Origin: the human T2T-CHM13v2.0 reference genome, Homo sapiens
Direction: 5' to 3' (one strand)
NCBI RefSeq assembly: GCF_009914755.1
Contig: NC_060926.1
DNA: 64,000 nucleotides
Within the stretch, counting starts at the first letter, position 1; each line of letters opens with the position of its first letter. The translations under genes were made by a program, and so were the position numbers. Below the pieces are notes generated by a model, which did no database searches, was not told where the DNA came from, and was given only the letters and a program-made list of their open reading frames with translations. Positions 13,871-28,345 of this stretch are shown here, in pieces.

Positions 13871-14979
13871 TTTCTGTTAATGCTGCCCTTATGTCTCTCG
13901 CTTTCTTTTTCTTGTGAGTAAAAAAATACCAACAGTAGTTCGTAGATGTGCTGGCCTGGGGTTGGGGCCTCACTGCTGGGGAGGTGGTCTCATCATTCGG
14001 TGACAAACATAGCTCACGTGCAAGGGTGATGAAGGCAAAGAGATGGGGGGGACATGAGAAGGAGCTTCACAGAACCGAAAGAGAGGTCACTTCAAAATCC
14101 AAAGACCTGGGTTCCAGTTTGGTGAAATGGGGCGTGTCAATCCAGAGAGCCCCTCTTCACCAGCCCTGTGATCTTCATTGCACTTTGGCTGTCTTCTGGT
14201 TTTACCATCTGAAAGGCTGCATTCCTACAGGGTTTTGTGACAGTCAGCATGAGATAACGTATATGAAAGAAATTGTACAAAGATGTTATTAATACTGCTT
14301 GCACGTAGTTTTAGAGTTAGAGGGTTACCTCTCTTACCAAACACACGTTAAAATCTAAGTTCAACGTGGAAGGAATAAGAAGTATTAGGGTTACAAAGAA
14401 TCATTTCTTATATTGTACATCTTTTCAGGAACCATCCCACTGCACCTTTTTTGCATGAAGTTAAACCTGCACCACTTGTAAACTTAGAAAAATGTGTGTT
14501 TTGATGTTTATATATATGTGATGTATTAGCAGGACAGATCAAGGGGGAGCTGGGCTCTGGTGTTTACTCCCAGGTGAAAAGGAAGGCAGATGTGTGTTCC
14601 TCCTTGAGTGTGTTTACTAAGGGCTGGGCTTGTTTCCTCGGTTGAGAGAGGAGGTGTATCAGTACAGAGAGCTTCATTTAAAATTGTAAAATGAACCTGG
14701 GAGGGCTTCTTGCATTCTTTGTAGGTATCATTCATGACTTCTGGTTCTCTGGCCTGTTCTAAATTAGAATTAAATCCGCAGTTCTTACCAGCCCCTGCAT
14801 GCAGGGGATTTGACCACTCTTGAGCCTCATTTGCAAATGGGTGTGCTGATCTCACTTTTGCTTATTTCATAGGGGTTGAGGTAAGATTTACAAAAGGTAT
14901 ATTTTGTTTTTTTAACTTGAAAGACCAAGGCTTTATCCTTGGCCTTAAGAATGTAGCTTATAAAAGAACAAACAAACCA

Positions 14980-15915
14980 TACAATTTCCTCTACTCTCAT
15001 ACACGCTTCTGACACCAAACGTGTGTGTGTCTCTTGCACGCCAAGCAGTTCTCCAGCTCTCGGAGCACACCAACTGGGTGCCTATAATTCAATTCAATTC
15101 TGACACCATCTACCTGGAGTTAGTATCAGATTCCACAGGTTAAGGGCTCGTTCCCACAAGCTGTCCCTCACTTCAGATGCCAGTCACAGTCTGGGCCTCC
15201 TGTGCTTCTGCTTGACTGGCTATAAATCGGGGGTTCCCATGACCCCCTCCTCGCGTTCATTCCTTTGTGGATCGGCTCACGGAACTCAGGGAAACAGTTT
15301 ACTGATTGTCACTGGTTTATTATAAAGGATGCAACTCCGGAGTAGCCAGATGGAAGGGTGCACAGGGCAAGGCGGTGGAGGCGGCGGTGGTGCTTCCATG
15401 CCCTCTCTAGCACCCCAGCCTCCCAGCACTGCCACGCGTTCACCAACCTGGAAGTTCTCTGAGCCCCTTTCTTTCGGGTTCTATGGAGGCTTTATTACAA
15501 AGGCGAGATTGATTAACTCATCGGCCATTGATTACACTTAATCTCCCTCCCCTCTCCCTCCCTGGAGGTTGGGGGTGGGGTGGTGGGTGGGTGGGGAGTG
15601 GCTGAAGGCACCAACTCTCATTACAGATTTGTTCCTCTGGCAGCTGTGGTCCAGCCCCCATCCTCCGAGAGTCCTCTGATTAAACTTTGGTGTGGGTGAA
15701 GAGGGCTTATCATGAATGACAGAAGACACTCCTTTCACCTTTATTGCTCTGGAGCTAAGGAGCTATTTCAGGAGCAGGGGAGGAAAATGAAATATCATAA
15801 CAAAAGACATTCCTATCACTCTGATCACTTAGAAATTATAAGGGGTTTAGGAGTTCTGGCTTGGATCTGGGGATGAAGACCAAAATATATATTTCCTATT
15901 ACATCATAATATCAC
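14980..15915. mobile_element. MER21-family LTR
   Basis: cccacaagctgtccctcacttcagatgccagtcac...ggctataaatcgggggttcccatgaccccctcc...ggctcacggaactcagggaaac. Confidence 0.7.
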
Positions 15916-17067
15916 AGCGCCACTGAATGATAGGAAAAGCTCCCAGAACCAACCTTTCTACACAGCAGGTTTGTGAGCCACAGGTTCACACACGTGGTGT
16001 TTCCTGGAGTCTGTAGGTGACCTGAGGTGGGGGTTTTGTCAGTGTGGTCACATGTGTCCTGGGATAGTTGCCTTGAAGAATGGGAGCAGTGTGGACCAGG
16101 AGGAGGGGTGAAGTCTCGGGGTGGACTGGAAGTTACGTCATGCAAATCCTTCCTGTTTGGGCAGTATTTGCAACCACGTGGCTTCACGAGTCCGCCAAAC
16201 CATCAGGTGAATAAACGGGAGAGGAGAAGAGAGTCTAGGACTCAGCCCTGGAGTATAAGTCAGAGCTGGAAAAGAAGAGGCTCCAGAGACTGGACGGCCA
16301 CTGAGAGGTGCCACGTCCCTGAAGGGCCTGAGGAGGGTTGATGGCATGACCCCATGAAGCCCAGCAAGGAGTGGAGAGAGGAGGGCTGGAGGACTCCCGC
16401 CTGCCATGACCCAGTCCAGGGATAAGATGTGAGTGCCATGGGCCAGTCACGACCGCCGGTTAGCACAGCAGGGCACAGTGACGGCAGAAGGCTGGGAGCG
16501 GAGAGCCGGGCAGAGTGGACAGTGATGTGGGCAGGTGTGGACTGCACCAGGTGGTCAGGGATCCAGAGCTACGAAAAGAAGGGCATAACACGGCGGCAGC
16601 TCGCAGTCCAGCTGCTTGAACCCAGAATATCTCTTGGCCTGTCCCTTTCCCTCTTTTTCGTCTGTCCCTACCTCCTTTCCAGGCGGGGAAGGAATCGTTT
16701 CTCTCCTAGTCTTCCTGCCGTCAGGTTTTTTTCTTGCCAGTCTTTACATTGTTACGGTGATGCTTTTTCTAAATCTTGGATCAAAGTGTCATTTTGTTCC
16801 AGAATCCGATGGCTTCACACAGCAGAGCCCGCATCTCCTGGCACGGTTTCGCACTCTCCATTCTTCCCTTCTGCACATTCTGTGTTCTGGGTGCAGCTCC
16901 CTCTTCCAGTCTGGTGGTTTTAAGCTTCCATGCTTCTGCATGGACCTCTCGTTGTACCCTGTCCACCTTGTCGTCTGACATCTGAGGGTGTCCCTGTCCT
17001 CCTCCAAGCCCGCCTCCAGCGCCAGCTCCTCTGATGCACCTTCTTTCCTTGATCATAACTCCCTTAG

Positions 17068-17682
<615 letters not shown>

Positions 17683-18150
17683 TAGAGGAGAGATGGCCTG
17701 AATGTTTGCTAAGTGGATTGCAGTTGACAGCTGGCCAGCAGCCCAGAGCGCTGGTGTTCCCTGGAGCAGTGGAGAGAAGTCAGACAGGCAGGCAAAGGCC
17801 ACATGGAAATTGTCACAAACAAAAATCATTCATTTCCCTTCTCCAGTAAAAGCAGTCATTTGTTTTTCAACTAATATCAAGTAGCTACTATGATTGGCAC
17901 GATGGGGGATCCTACGCTGTATGAAATAGTCTCTTTCCTCTACAGTCTTGAGATTTAGTGTGCAAAACCTGTCCATCATGACAGAAGAAGGGGCAGGTGG
18001 CAGTGGTCCTAAGGACAATATAAAAAAGCTTCATGGGACTGCAGAGGAGACAGGGCCTGGGGACAACTGAGATTAGACATCATGGGGTCAAGGCTCTCTG
18101 TGCTGGACTCTGGGAGAGTGGAGACTGGTGGGCTTGCTGTGGGAGTTGGG

Positions 18151-18520
18151 GTGATAGGCCGTGATGGGCCATGATGGGCTGTGATGGATCCTGATGGGCC
18201 GTGATGGGCTGTGATGGACCCTGGTGGGCTCTGATGGTCCATGATGGGCCATGGTGGACACTGATGGGCCGTAATGGGCCATGATGGACCGTGATGGGCC
18301 GTAACGGGCCGTGATGGACCCTGATGGGCTGTGATGGTCCGTGATGGGCCATGATGGACACTGATGGGCCATGATGGGCCCTGATGGACCCTGATGGACC
18401 CTGATGGGCCGTGATGGACCCTGATGGGCTGTGATGGGCCGTGATGGACCCTGATGGGCCATGATGGACACTGATGGGCCGTGATGGGCCCTGATGGGCC
18501 CTGATGGACCCTGATGGGCT
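18151..18520. repeat. Minisatellite, 37 x 10-bp units, consensus (G/C/A)TGATGG(G/A)C(C/T)
   Basis: Units stay in exact 10-bp register throughout. Confidence 0.97.
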
Positions 18521-18670
18521 ATGGGGGTGGATAGAACACATTCCGGAAATGAGAGGAGCTGAAAGTTGAGTGTGTAATCCACGTTTTTGAAATGGTGAGG
18601 AGTTCATTTTGATTGGCTCTTCCTTGGATTAATTGTGTGTCTGTGTGTGTTTTTTTTGTCTGTTTTCCAG

Positions 18671-18679
18671 GTGCAGACC
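18671..18679 (+). other. LPIN1: 5' portion (GTGCAGACC) of the ATG-containing exon; 5'UTR, or in-frame V-Q-T for N-terminally extended isoforms
   Basis: Follows the polypyrimidine tract and ccag acceptor at 18670, and lies 9 nt in frame before ATG 18680 (context ACCATGA). Confidence 0.85.
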
Positions 18680-18871
18680 ATGAATTACGTGGGGCAGTTA
18701 GCCGGCCAGGTGTTTGTCACCGTGAAGGAGCTCTACAAGGGGCTGAATCCCGCCACACTCTCAGGGTGCATTGACATCATTGTCATCCGCCAGCCCAATG
18801 GAAACCTCCAATGCTCCCCTTTCCACGTCCGCTTTGGGAAGATGGGGGTCCTGCGCTCCCGAGAGAAAGTG
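18680..18871 (+). CDS. LPIN1: Lipin-1 coding exon CE1 (aa 1-64, N-LIP domain: [35 protein letters not shown]...REKV)
   Basis: Recognisable lipin N-terminus; donor GTG|gtgagc; 192 nt, phase 0. Confidence 0.98.
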
Positions 18872-19039
18872 GTGAGCTCTCAGGGCACGGGGACCTGGCA
18901 CCGGCTCTCCTTAGAGAATGCCCTTGTACTCTGGTGATGCCACCTGTCTTGAACTCTCAGACCCAGAGTTTTAGGTCTTCGTTGGAAATGGCCAGTCACG
19001 GAACTGACAGTGACTAATTGAAATTATTCTAGTTAGTAT

Positions 19040-19460
19040 GGCTGTGTAAATTAAAGTGCCGTGGCACACACCACTGTTTATTAAGCTCCTGTATCTGTGG
19101 GTCAGGAATTTAGGCAGAGCACAGTGGGGTGGTTTGTCTCTGCTCTCTGGGGCCTCAGCTGGAAAGCTCAAAGGCTGAGGGCTGGAATCATCTGAACACT
19201 CACGTTCTTTGTGACTGGTGGTTGATTCTGGCTCTTGGCTGGGCTCTTCGCTGAGGCTTTGGTCATACCAACTACCCATGGCCTCTCCACGTGGCCAGGG
19301 CACCCCACAACACAGTGGCAGTGGTGAGGTGAGCATCTTGAGAGGGAGGAAGACAGGCAGATGCTGGAGCTTATGGCCTAGCCTTGCAAGCCACATGGCG
19401 TCACGTCTGCTGTGCTCTACTGGTTGGGGCCATCACAAGCTGCCTGGGCTCAAGGGGAGG
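19040..19460. mobile_element. MLT1-type MaLR LTR fragment
   Basis: tctgtgggtcaggaatttaggcagagcacag...ggggcctcagctggaaagctcaaaggctg...ctggaatcatctgaa. Confidence 0.55.
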
Positions 19461-20576
19461 AGAAATAGGCTTTTCTTGGTGGTGTCAATGGAAGAAGGAT
19501 AAAGTTCATAAATTTGGAGAGGAGAACTAGGTTGCTGCCTGCAGGGTGGCCAATTCTGACAGGCTGGGAAGTGTAGCCTCCTGCCAGAAGCAGAAACAGA
19601 CACTTTGAGGAAGGGGCAAAGAGACCAGGGATTTGTGCTGTCTGGGGTCACAGAATCTACATATTTAATAAGCCACAGGAGAGGTCGTGAGTGTTCAGGA
19701 GAGGAAAACATGCACACGTGCAACTGAGCTTCTGCCTGTCCATGGGACCCATGTTCAAAACGTGATGGCACTAGCACCAGCCAAGGGTGGAGTTTTCTGG
19801 TGTCTAACATCAAAGGGTGGAGCAGAGGAAGGGAAAACCCTCAGGGCACATTCTCCCTAGGTGGGCCAGGACCAGTTCCTGGGCTCTTATCAGGCAAAAA
19901 ACAAACAAACAAACAAACAAACAAACAAAAACGCAGAGCAGCTTCTTTTGTTGATACCAGTGCACAGTCTTTTGAAAGGGCTGGTTTCTGTTTGGCCCTT
20001 AGGGAGGAAAGCGTAATGGTGGTTACTGAGGTGGGGTATGAGGAAGCCTGTCCTATCTCCCATTCCATCATGGCCTGGAACTCAGTTCTTAAGGTTTCTC
20101 TGGCATCTCCTTGTCCCAGAGGGGGGTCCGTTCAGTCAGTTGCGAGCTTAGAATTTTATTTCTAGTTTATTTTCAGGAGTGGCGAAGGTTCTGGAAGAGC
20201 AGGTAGGACCAGGATATTGATGTGGCTAGTTTTAGAAGACAATCTGCCACACAAATGGAAAGAAACAAATCCTTGCAAATAGACATTTCATGCCCCCACC
20301 TAATGTGGATTTTGGGATGATGTCTCCTGATTGGTCCTTTGAGTTAAGTTCAAGAGGAAACTCTTCCTTGAGTATGTGTGAAGGATCCCAGCCAATAGTT
20401 GATGAGTTTTCCAGGGTGTAATTTCTAATGTCTGGGGCTGGGGAAGCTTTGATTGCAGCTTGAACTCTCACCAGCCATGTGACCCTGGGCTGGTTACTCC
20501 TCTTGTCTGGCCTCAGCTCCTCAGCCAAAAAAGGAGGAGCTAGACCAGGTGGTCTCGGAGGAATCTTTCTATTAGC

Positions 20577-20658
20577 TTGCTGCAAAAATAATTGCAGTTT
20601 TTGCCATTATTTTTAATAATTATAATAATGGCCAAAACTGCAGTTATTTTTGCACCAA
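20577..20658 (+). ncRNA. MIR548S: miR-548 family hairpin derived from a Made1 MITE (MIR548S; mature-like ATGGCCAAAACTGCAGTTATTTT at 20628-20650)
   Basis: Near-perfect palindrome TGCAAAAATAATTGCAGTTTTTGCCATTATT...AATAATGGCCAAAACTGCAGTTATTTTTGCA is the Made1 signature. The assignment to 548s is from recall. Confidence 0.85.
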
Positions 20659-20895
20659 CGTACTGTTTTGGGTTCCATCTTTCCTGGTCAGGGACCTGCC
20701 CTCCCGAACCCAGAACTCCTCCAGTCCTCAAGTGACAGTTCCCTTGGATGGGACGGCCTGACTGAGACTGGGAGTTGTGTGGCACTTCAGGGTGTATGCG
20801 ATGATAGCGTATCTGTGGAGACTTGGCCGTCCCCATGAGGTCTCCTGTTCTGGTGAAGGCAGTTCATTCTTTTCTTAACCATGTTTTCCCTTCAG

Positions 20896-20991
20896 GTTGA
20901 CATAGAAATCAATGGGGAATCTGTGGATTTGCATATGAAATTGGGAGATAATGGAGAAGCATTTTTTGTTCAAGAAACAGATAATGATCAG
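20896..20991 (+). CDS. LPIN1: Lipin-1 CE2 (aa 65-96, [32 protein letters not shown]; contains conserved Gly84)
   Basis: ttcag| acceptor, CAG|gtaagg donor, 96 nt, N-LIP motif [12 protein letters not shown]. Confidence 0.98.
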
Positions 20992-21364
20992 GTAAGGAAG
21001 CCTGGGTGGTCAGGGTTACTTCCTAGTTTTGAGCTTTGAGTAATGGTTATCTGGAAACACGGCAGAAGTTTGTGCAAAGTAATACCGGCCGTGGCTGTGT
21101 GGACGATGGGGCAGAGAAAAGTGGGCGTTGATCTGTGTGGGGGATTTGAGCCAGACGGCCTAGGGGTGTGCTGAGTCCACACAGACTCAGCTCTCCTGGC
21201 TGGCTTCAGTTTGCTGACTGCTTCCCAGGAGACAGAGGGATGGACTTCACACATGGGCCTGGACCACTGTCAGAGGTGTATAGATTACATCGGTGTGTCA
21301 AATCTCAAATGCCCAATGTTCTTTTATTTAGTGAGTGGCTGAATTACTTTAAAAAATATTTTAA

Positions 21365-22860
<1,496 letters not shown>

Positions 22861-24499
22861 GACAGACCACTTCCTTAACTCTTTTGTTCACAGATGAAGC
22901 ACCTTAAAGGGGTCTGATGTAGGGATTCCTGAATGAAATCGACTTGAACTAGTTCCTTTCCAGGAAGACAGCTATGATTAAAAAGGAACGGTTCTTTATA
23001 GCTCCAGGTTTTAAAGCAAGTGTCCATAATTGCAGCTTCGGGACAGAACAGTCCCAGGCACAGCCTCCATCCTGCCCGCCCAGAATGGTGGTGCCTGGGG
23101 AGGACCCAGCATCTCCCCTTCCATGTTCTGGAGCAACCCTGTTGATACTGGGGATCCCTGCATACCTGCTCTTCACTTCTCTTAGATGGGAAGACTCCAA
23201 AAATACTAATTGGTTCCTAATGGCCTTTGACAGAAACTCTTTGCACTGCATGTGGACACCTGCATTTTTAATTTCTATTTGTACCTGGCTTTAGATAGAT
23301 TTTTGGCCATCGGAGCTGAGGAAGCATTTTGGGCCAGCGTGCAGCGGGACCTGTATGGGGGCTGCTTGCTGGTCTTGCTGGCCTGACAGGGTGCCTGTGG
23401 GTGGGGTGGGGCCTTGGAGGCCAGAGTATGTTCAGCTCCATACAGATGCCTCTTAGGACCCCTGGGATGCTGCTGGAAGCTGGAGAGCCCGTGTCCTTCA
23501 GCACTGCTTGGTACTGCATGTGCCTGTGGGGGTCTGCCTGGCTGCCCATTCCCTTCCAGCCCACGGACAGCAAAGGGCCCTTCTCTGCTCTTGATCTGAG
23601 AATCTGTGCTGCTTCTCTAGTTGCTCCAGTCCAGCAGCCGGGTGAGATGACCTCTCACTCCCTTCCAGCCTCAGCTGTGTGTCTCAGGTGTAGACATTCT
23701 ATTTCAGCATGTCTGATGCTCTCCAAACCTATTTGAATGATCAGCAGCACACGTTTATTTATCCCCTCTGTTTTATGTATATTCTTATTGTCAACGAGTT
23801 TCTCATACAAAATGAGGCATTCATTAATAAAATGATTACTAGAGTTTTATAAAAACTGCTGAATCATTACAAACAACTACTAAATGGACAGGTTGTGTTT
23901 TTTCCTTTTGTCTTTAAGGAGAGGATCAGTATCTACTTCCTCGATGTTCAGGGCCCTCCTTGGGCCCTGGTGCAGGCAGGTTCTTGGGCGGGGCTATCGG
24001 TTGTTTTATGTGTTTTTGGTTTTTAGATGGTTATTATCTTAATTCATTGCATATAAAAAATACACAATACACATTCTCTGTCTCTCACACCCACCCATGC
24101 ACACCCACATCTACACAGAAGTGCAAGAGTGCATCCAATTCCCAGCATAATATGGTGAGTCAAAGCCCATTTTTTTCCTCTGTGCTCTGGGTATTACAGC
24201 CAAAGTTGAATTTTGGGGGCTTGAGATCACTGAGAATTACCTCCCATTGTTAAAATTACATAAATGCAGGATTGAGTACAAAGTGGCATTCAATACATTG
24301 TTGGCTTTCTGATCTTCTACCAGATTGGGCAGCCACATCTCCAGGTCACCATGGCTGTGGCCTCTAGCTGGGCCATCTGCTGTGGCCCTCCCCAGGAGGT
24401 GCTTGGCCTCTGAAGTGAATCCTGGAGGCCTCTGGCAAGGCCCTGCTTCTTATACCTGAATTAACGAGGCTCTTTTTAGAAAATGTGTTCTTTTCTTAG

Positions 24500-24807
24500 G
24501 AAGTTATCCCTATGCACCTGGCCACCTCCCCCATCCTGTCAGAAGGAGCTTCGAGAATGGAATGCCAGCTGAAAAGGGGCTCTGTGGACAGGATGAGAGG
24601 CCTGGACCCCAGCACGCCAGCCCAAGTGATCGCTCCCAGCGAGACGCCGTCAAGCAGCTCTGTAGTAAAGAAGAGAAGAAAAAGGAGGAGAAAGTCACAG
24701 CTGGACAGCCTGAAGAGAGATGACAACATGAACACATCTGAGGATGAGGACATGTTCCCCATCGAGATGAGCTCGGATGAGGCCATGGAGCTGCTGGAGA
24801 GCAGCAG
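24500..24807 (+). CDS. LPIN1: Lipin-1 CE3 (EVIPMHLATSP.. with Ser106; polybasic NLS KKRRKRRRK aa153-161 at 24668-24694)
   Basis: cttag| acceptor, AG|gtaata donor, 308 nt, matches ORF 24512..24811. Confidence 0.97.
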
Positions 24808-24919
24808 GTAATAACTGTCCAGGGTGGAGGGGCTGTGCCAGAATCAGACAGTTAACTGTTCAAGATTATTTTTATGAACTTTTCCCCCATAATTCCTTAT
24901 TCTTTTATGTGTTTTAGAC

Positions 24920-25423
24920 CAGTGGTCCCCAACCTTTTTGGCACTAGAGACCAGTTTTTTGGAAGACAGTGTTTCCATGGACGAGGGGTGGATGGTTTTA
25001 GGAGGACTCAAGCATATTACATTTATTGTGCTCTTTATTTCCATTACTATTACATTGTAATATATAATGAAATACTTATACAACTCGCCATCATGTAGAA
25101 TCAGTGGGAGCCCTGAGCTTGTTTTCCTGCAACTAGACGGTCCCATCTTGGGGGTGATGGGTGACAGATCATCAGGCATTAGATTCTCACAAGGAGTGCG
25201 CAGCCCAGATCCCTCACATGTGCAGTTCACAACAGGGTTCGTGCTCCTGTGAGAATCTGATGCTGCCACTCATCTGGCAGGAGGAGGAGCTTAGGTGGTA
25301 ATGTGAGGGATGGGGAGCGACTGTAAACACAGATGAAGCTTTGCCAGCTTGCCCGCCGCTCACCTCCTGCCATGTGGCCCAGTTTCTAACAGGGGCATGG
25401 ACCCCAGGGGTTGGGGACCCCTA
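24920..25423. mobile_element. MER1A (hAT-Charlie DNA transposon)
   Basis: TIRs cagtggtccccaacc / ggttggggacccct, 8-bp TSD ttttagac / ttttaggc, ~500 bp. Confidence 0.82.
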
Positions 25424-26743
25424 TTTTAGGCTGAATTTTGGAATCATGTGGACCCAATCCTAGAGTGGTATAAAGATTTGCTGTGCTGTAGCCAAGAGAC
25501 AGTTGGTGATGCCAAACCTCCTTGGCTGATCGCTTTAGCAGCCTGGAATGGAGTCAAGAAACAGGAACTGAGCAAATTAATAGTTCATGACCAAACCCAT
25601 TTTCTTGGAACCTATTTATTCTTATTTGAGCACCAACGATGCACAACTGGGCTGATTTATAGGCAAGGGCTGATTTCAGGCTTAAAAGTGAATGAAGAAA
25701 ATGCTGTTTTCTCTATAAGCCAACTTTTTCCTTTTTAATTTTGACTTAGGTCCAAAGTTTAATGGAAATTTTGTTTCCTTTTTCTTTGCTTTTAACAGTG
25801 TGGTGAAATTCTGTTTGTATGTATTACTATTTTGGTGAAAAATGCCAGTTTTAAAAGATAAAATTCATTTTGAAGGATATTTGATGTTTCAGATTTTTAC
25901 ATAATTCGGTATAATTTTTGATAATTTTGTTAACATAAAGAAGGGATAAGGGGAATCAGGAGTATCTTCCTGTGTCATTATTTGGAATAAAATATATCTT
26001 TTTTCGTGGTGAAAAATAAATGTCAACTGGCAACGAATATTGCTTTTCCCAACTACAGCCTCTAACCTGTGACAGGCTTAGAACCAGCGTCATTGGGCTT
26101 CTTATAATTGCCTTCTCTGCATGGCTGTTAAGTACAAAATTTAGTGGTAGGTGTTCCAGGTAACATCAACATATAGACAGATGGCCTCTGCATGATTGAA
26201 ATTGTGAATTGTATTTAGTAGTGAGTGTGCTTATACCTGAAACGAGGTCATTTGCAGTTATTCTGTAATCGTAAGGCATGTTTGGTTGATGCCATTTATT
26301 TCTTCTGCTAGACAAAATGTGATCAGCGTATGGTCATTGAGTTATTCAGCAGTTCTGCCTGTACCTGGCAGGGGTTTTATACCACCCTGGGGCCGGTTTG
26401 GGGCCACTCTACCTCCCAGGCTTTTGGAACATGACCGTGTAGGGTAGCAGGAGGTGGCACGATGGGAGGATCCAGCAGTGTGATCACTGCATGTGTGTCT
26501 GAGTCCAAATGCTGAAACAAAATCATTTTACAATTAGAATTCGGCCAAAGCATTAGCACATAGACACGTTTATGGATGCCGGTATCTCACTTTTTCCCCC
26601 TCCACTGCCTGGAACAGATCTGGGTGTTTAAAGAGATCATGTTAATTACAAAGCACTTAGAGCTAATCAAGAAAAAATTGGAACTTGATTATGAATCTAT
26701 CATTAAGAATTCTTTGACTTTAATCTTTTTTTTTTTCCTCCAG

Positions 26744-26869
26744 AACTCTTCCTAATGATATACCTCCATTCCAAGATGATATTCCTGAGGAAAACCTCTC
26801 CCTGGCTGTGATTTACCCTCAGTCAGCCTCATACCCTAATTCGGATAGAGAGTGGTCACCCACTCCCAG
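26744..26869 (+). CDS. LPIN1: Lipin-1 CE4 (TLPNDIPPFQDDIPEENLSLAVIYPQSASYPNSDREWSPTP)
   Basis: Strong polypyrimidine tract plus cag|, AG|gtaagc donor, 126 nt, phase 2/2. Confidence 0.95.
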
Positions 26870-28012
26870 GTAAGCTGTTCCCTGTTCCCCTGGCCCAGTG
26901 CAGAGGCTTAGAAGTCAGTGATAGGAAGCAATTCTAAGAAAAGAATGAAATAGAAATGAAAAGTGAAAATAATTAGGACCAGGAAAAACACGGTGTAGAG
27001 TCGGAGGTACAGATTAGGATCAAACACAGAACATGTTCAGATCATACACTTATATCTGGTGTCAGAATCCATCTGCAGATATGGCTGTTAGCTCCCTGGA
27101 GGTGAACTTGAAAGGAAAAACATGTAAATTACATCATGCTAATTGTTAATAGGAGAAAACACAGTGGCAGAGCCTTTCTTGATACTTAGCCCTAAGTAAA
27201 ATTCAAAAACAGACGTTGCTTCAGGAGCTGCTGAGGTCGTTCAGGGCTATTAGAATGGTGCCTCCGCCACACTTAATCCATTCTGCCGAATTCAAGAATA
27301 TTTATTTCCCTGAAATGAACTCACAAGTTGCCCTAGAGGAAAACTTGGAGAACTAGAGCTGCTCACTGTGCAGATGCCATCCTGATGACCCCAGAGATGT
27401 TTACATCAGTGAAACCTCTGGGAATAGTGAGCCCCCTGGCTAGTTTTCAAAGGACTTGGGGAAGAGGGTAGAGCTAAATCCTGTGTTCTCAACACAGGAA
27501 ATAATATAACCCCCATTGGGATGAAAATTCATTCTTGGGTGGTGACAAAATCTTAGACGTTATAATGGTTTGTGGTCTCTAAGGGGCCACAGCATTAAAA
27601 TCTCATGGTGGGTGGAGTTGGGCTATTAATTTCTCAGAATGCTCAGGGGCATGTTGATAATGAAAAAGAGACTGAGAAACGCTGATCTAAATGCCAGTGA
27701 CATCCTTGGGTTATTCGTATACCTCATGCTTTAGATTCGCTTCTGGTTCATGGTGCCAGCCCTTAGAAACTCTGGGTTCCTACCTGAAGCCGGTCTTATC
27801 AAAACGCCACCCCTGGTTCCAGTTTGATCAGGGTAACCTTGTGAATTAGCAAGCAGCAGTCCCCAGTGTGTGCTGACATGGAGGTTGGAGAGAAAATAGA
27901 TATGTCCCATGCCTGGTTTCCAGCCAATACTGATGTCGCGGGTTAGTCCAGCAGGCTGAGGCTGAGGCCTGTGACAAAGTCCCTGCATGGAGGTCTTCCT
28001 GCGTCAGAGCCT

Positions 28013-28345
28013 AGCCCTGTTCAATAGAAACGTAATAACTAGCTCCATATGTAATTTTAAGATTTCCAGTAGCCCTATTTTTAAAAAGTAAAAAAAAAAA
28101 AAAAAGATGAAATTAATTTTAAAGCTATATTTCATTTGACCACAGTATTTCCAAAATATCATTTCAACAAGCAATCAATTTTAAAGAATTATTAATGAGA
28201 TACATCACATTTCTGTTTTCATACCAAGTCTTTATAAACTCCATTATGTATTTCACATGCGCAGAACATCCCAATTTGGACCAGCCACGTTTCAAGTGCT
28301 CAGGAGCCACCTGTAGCTGGTGGTTTATTATATTGGACAGTGCAG
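28013..28345. mobile_element. MER33-like hAT element
   Basis: ctgttcaatagaa...ccacgtttcaagtgctcaggagccacctgtagctggtgg...tattggacagtgcag. Confidence 0.7.

Noticed and set aside
18080-18607. 175/164-aa His/Pro-rich repeat ORFs; superficially array-like (CRISPR or collagen-like)
   Set aside because: Antisense reading of the 10-bp VNTR. There are no unique spacers, and this is eukaryotic intron DNA.
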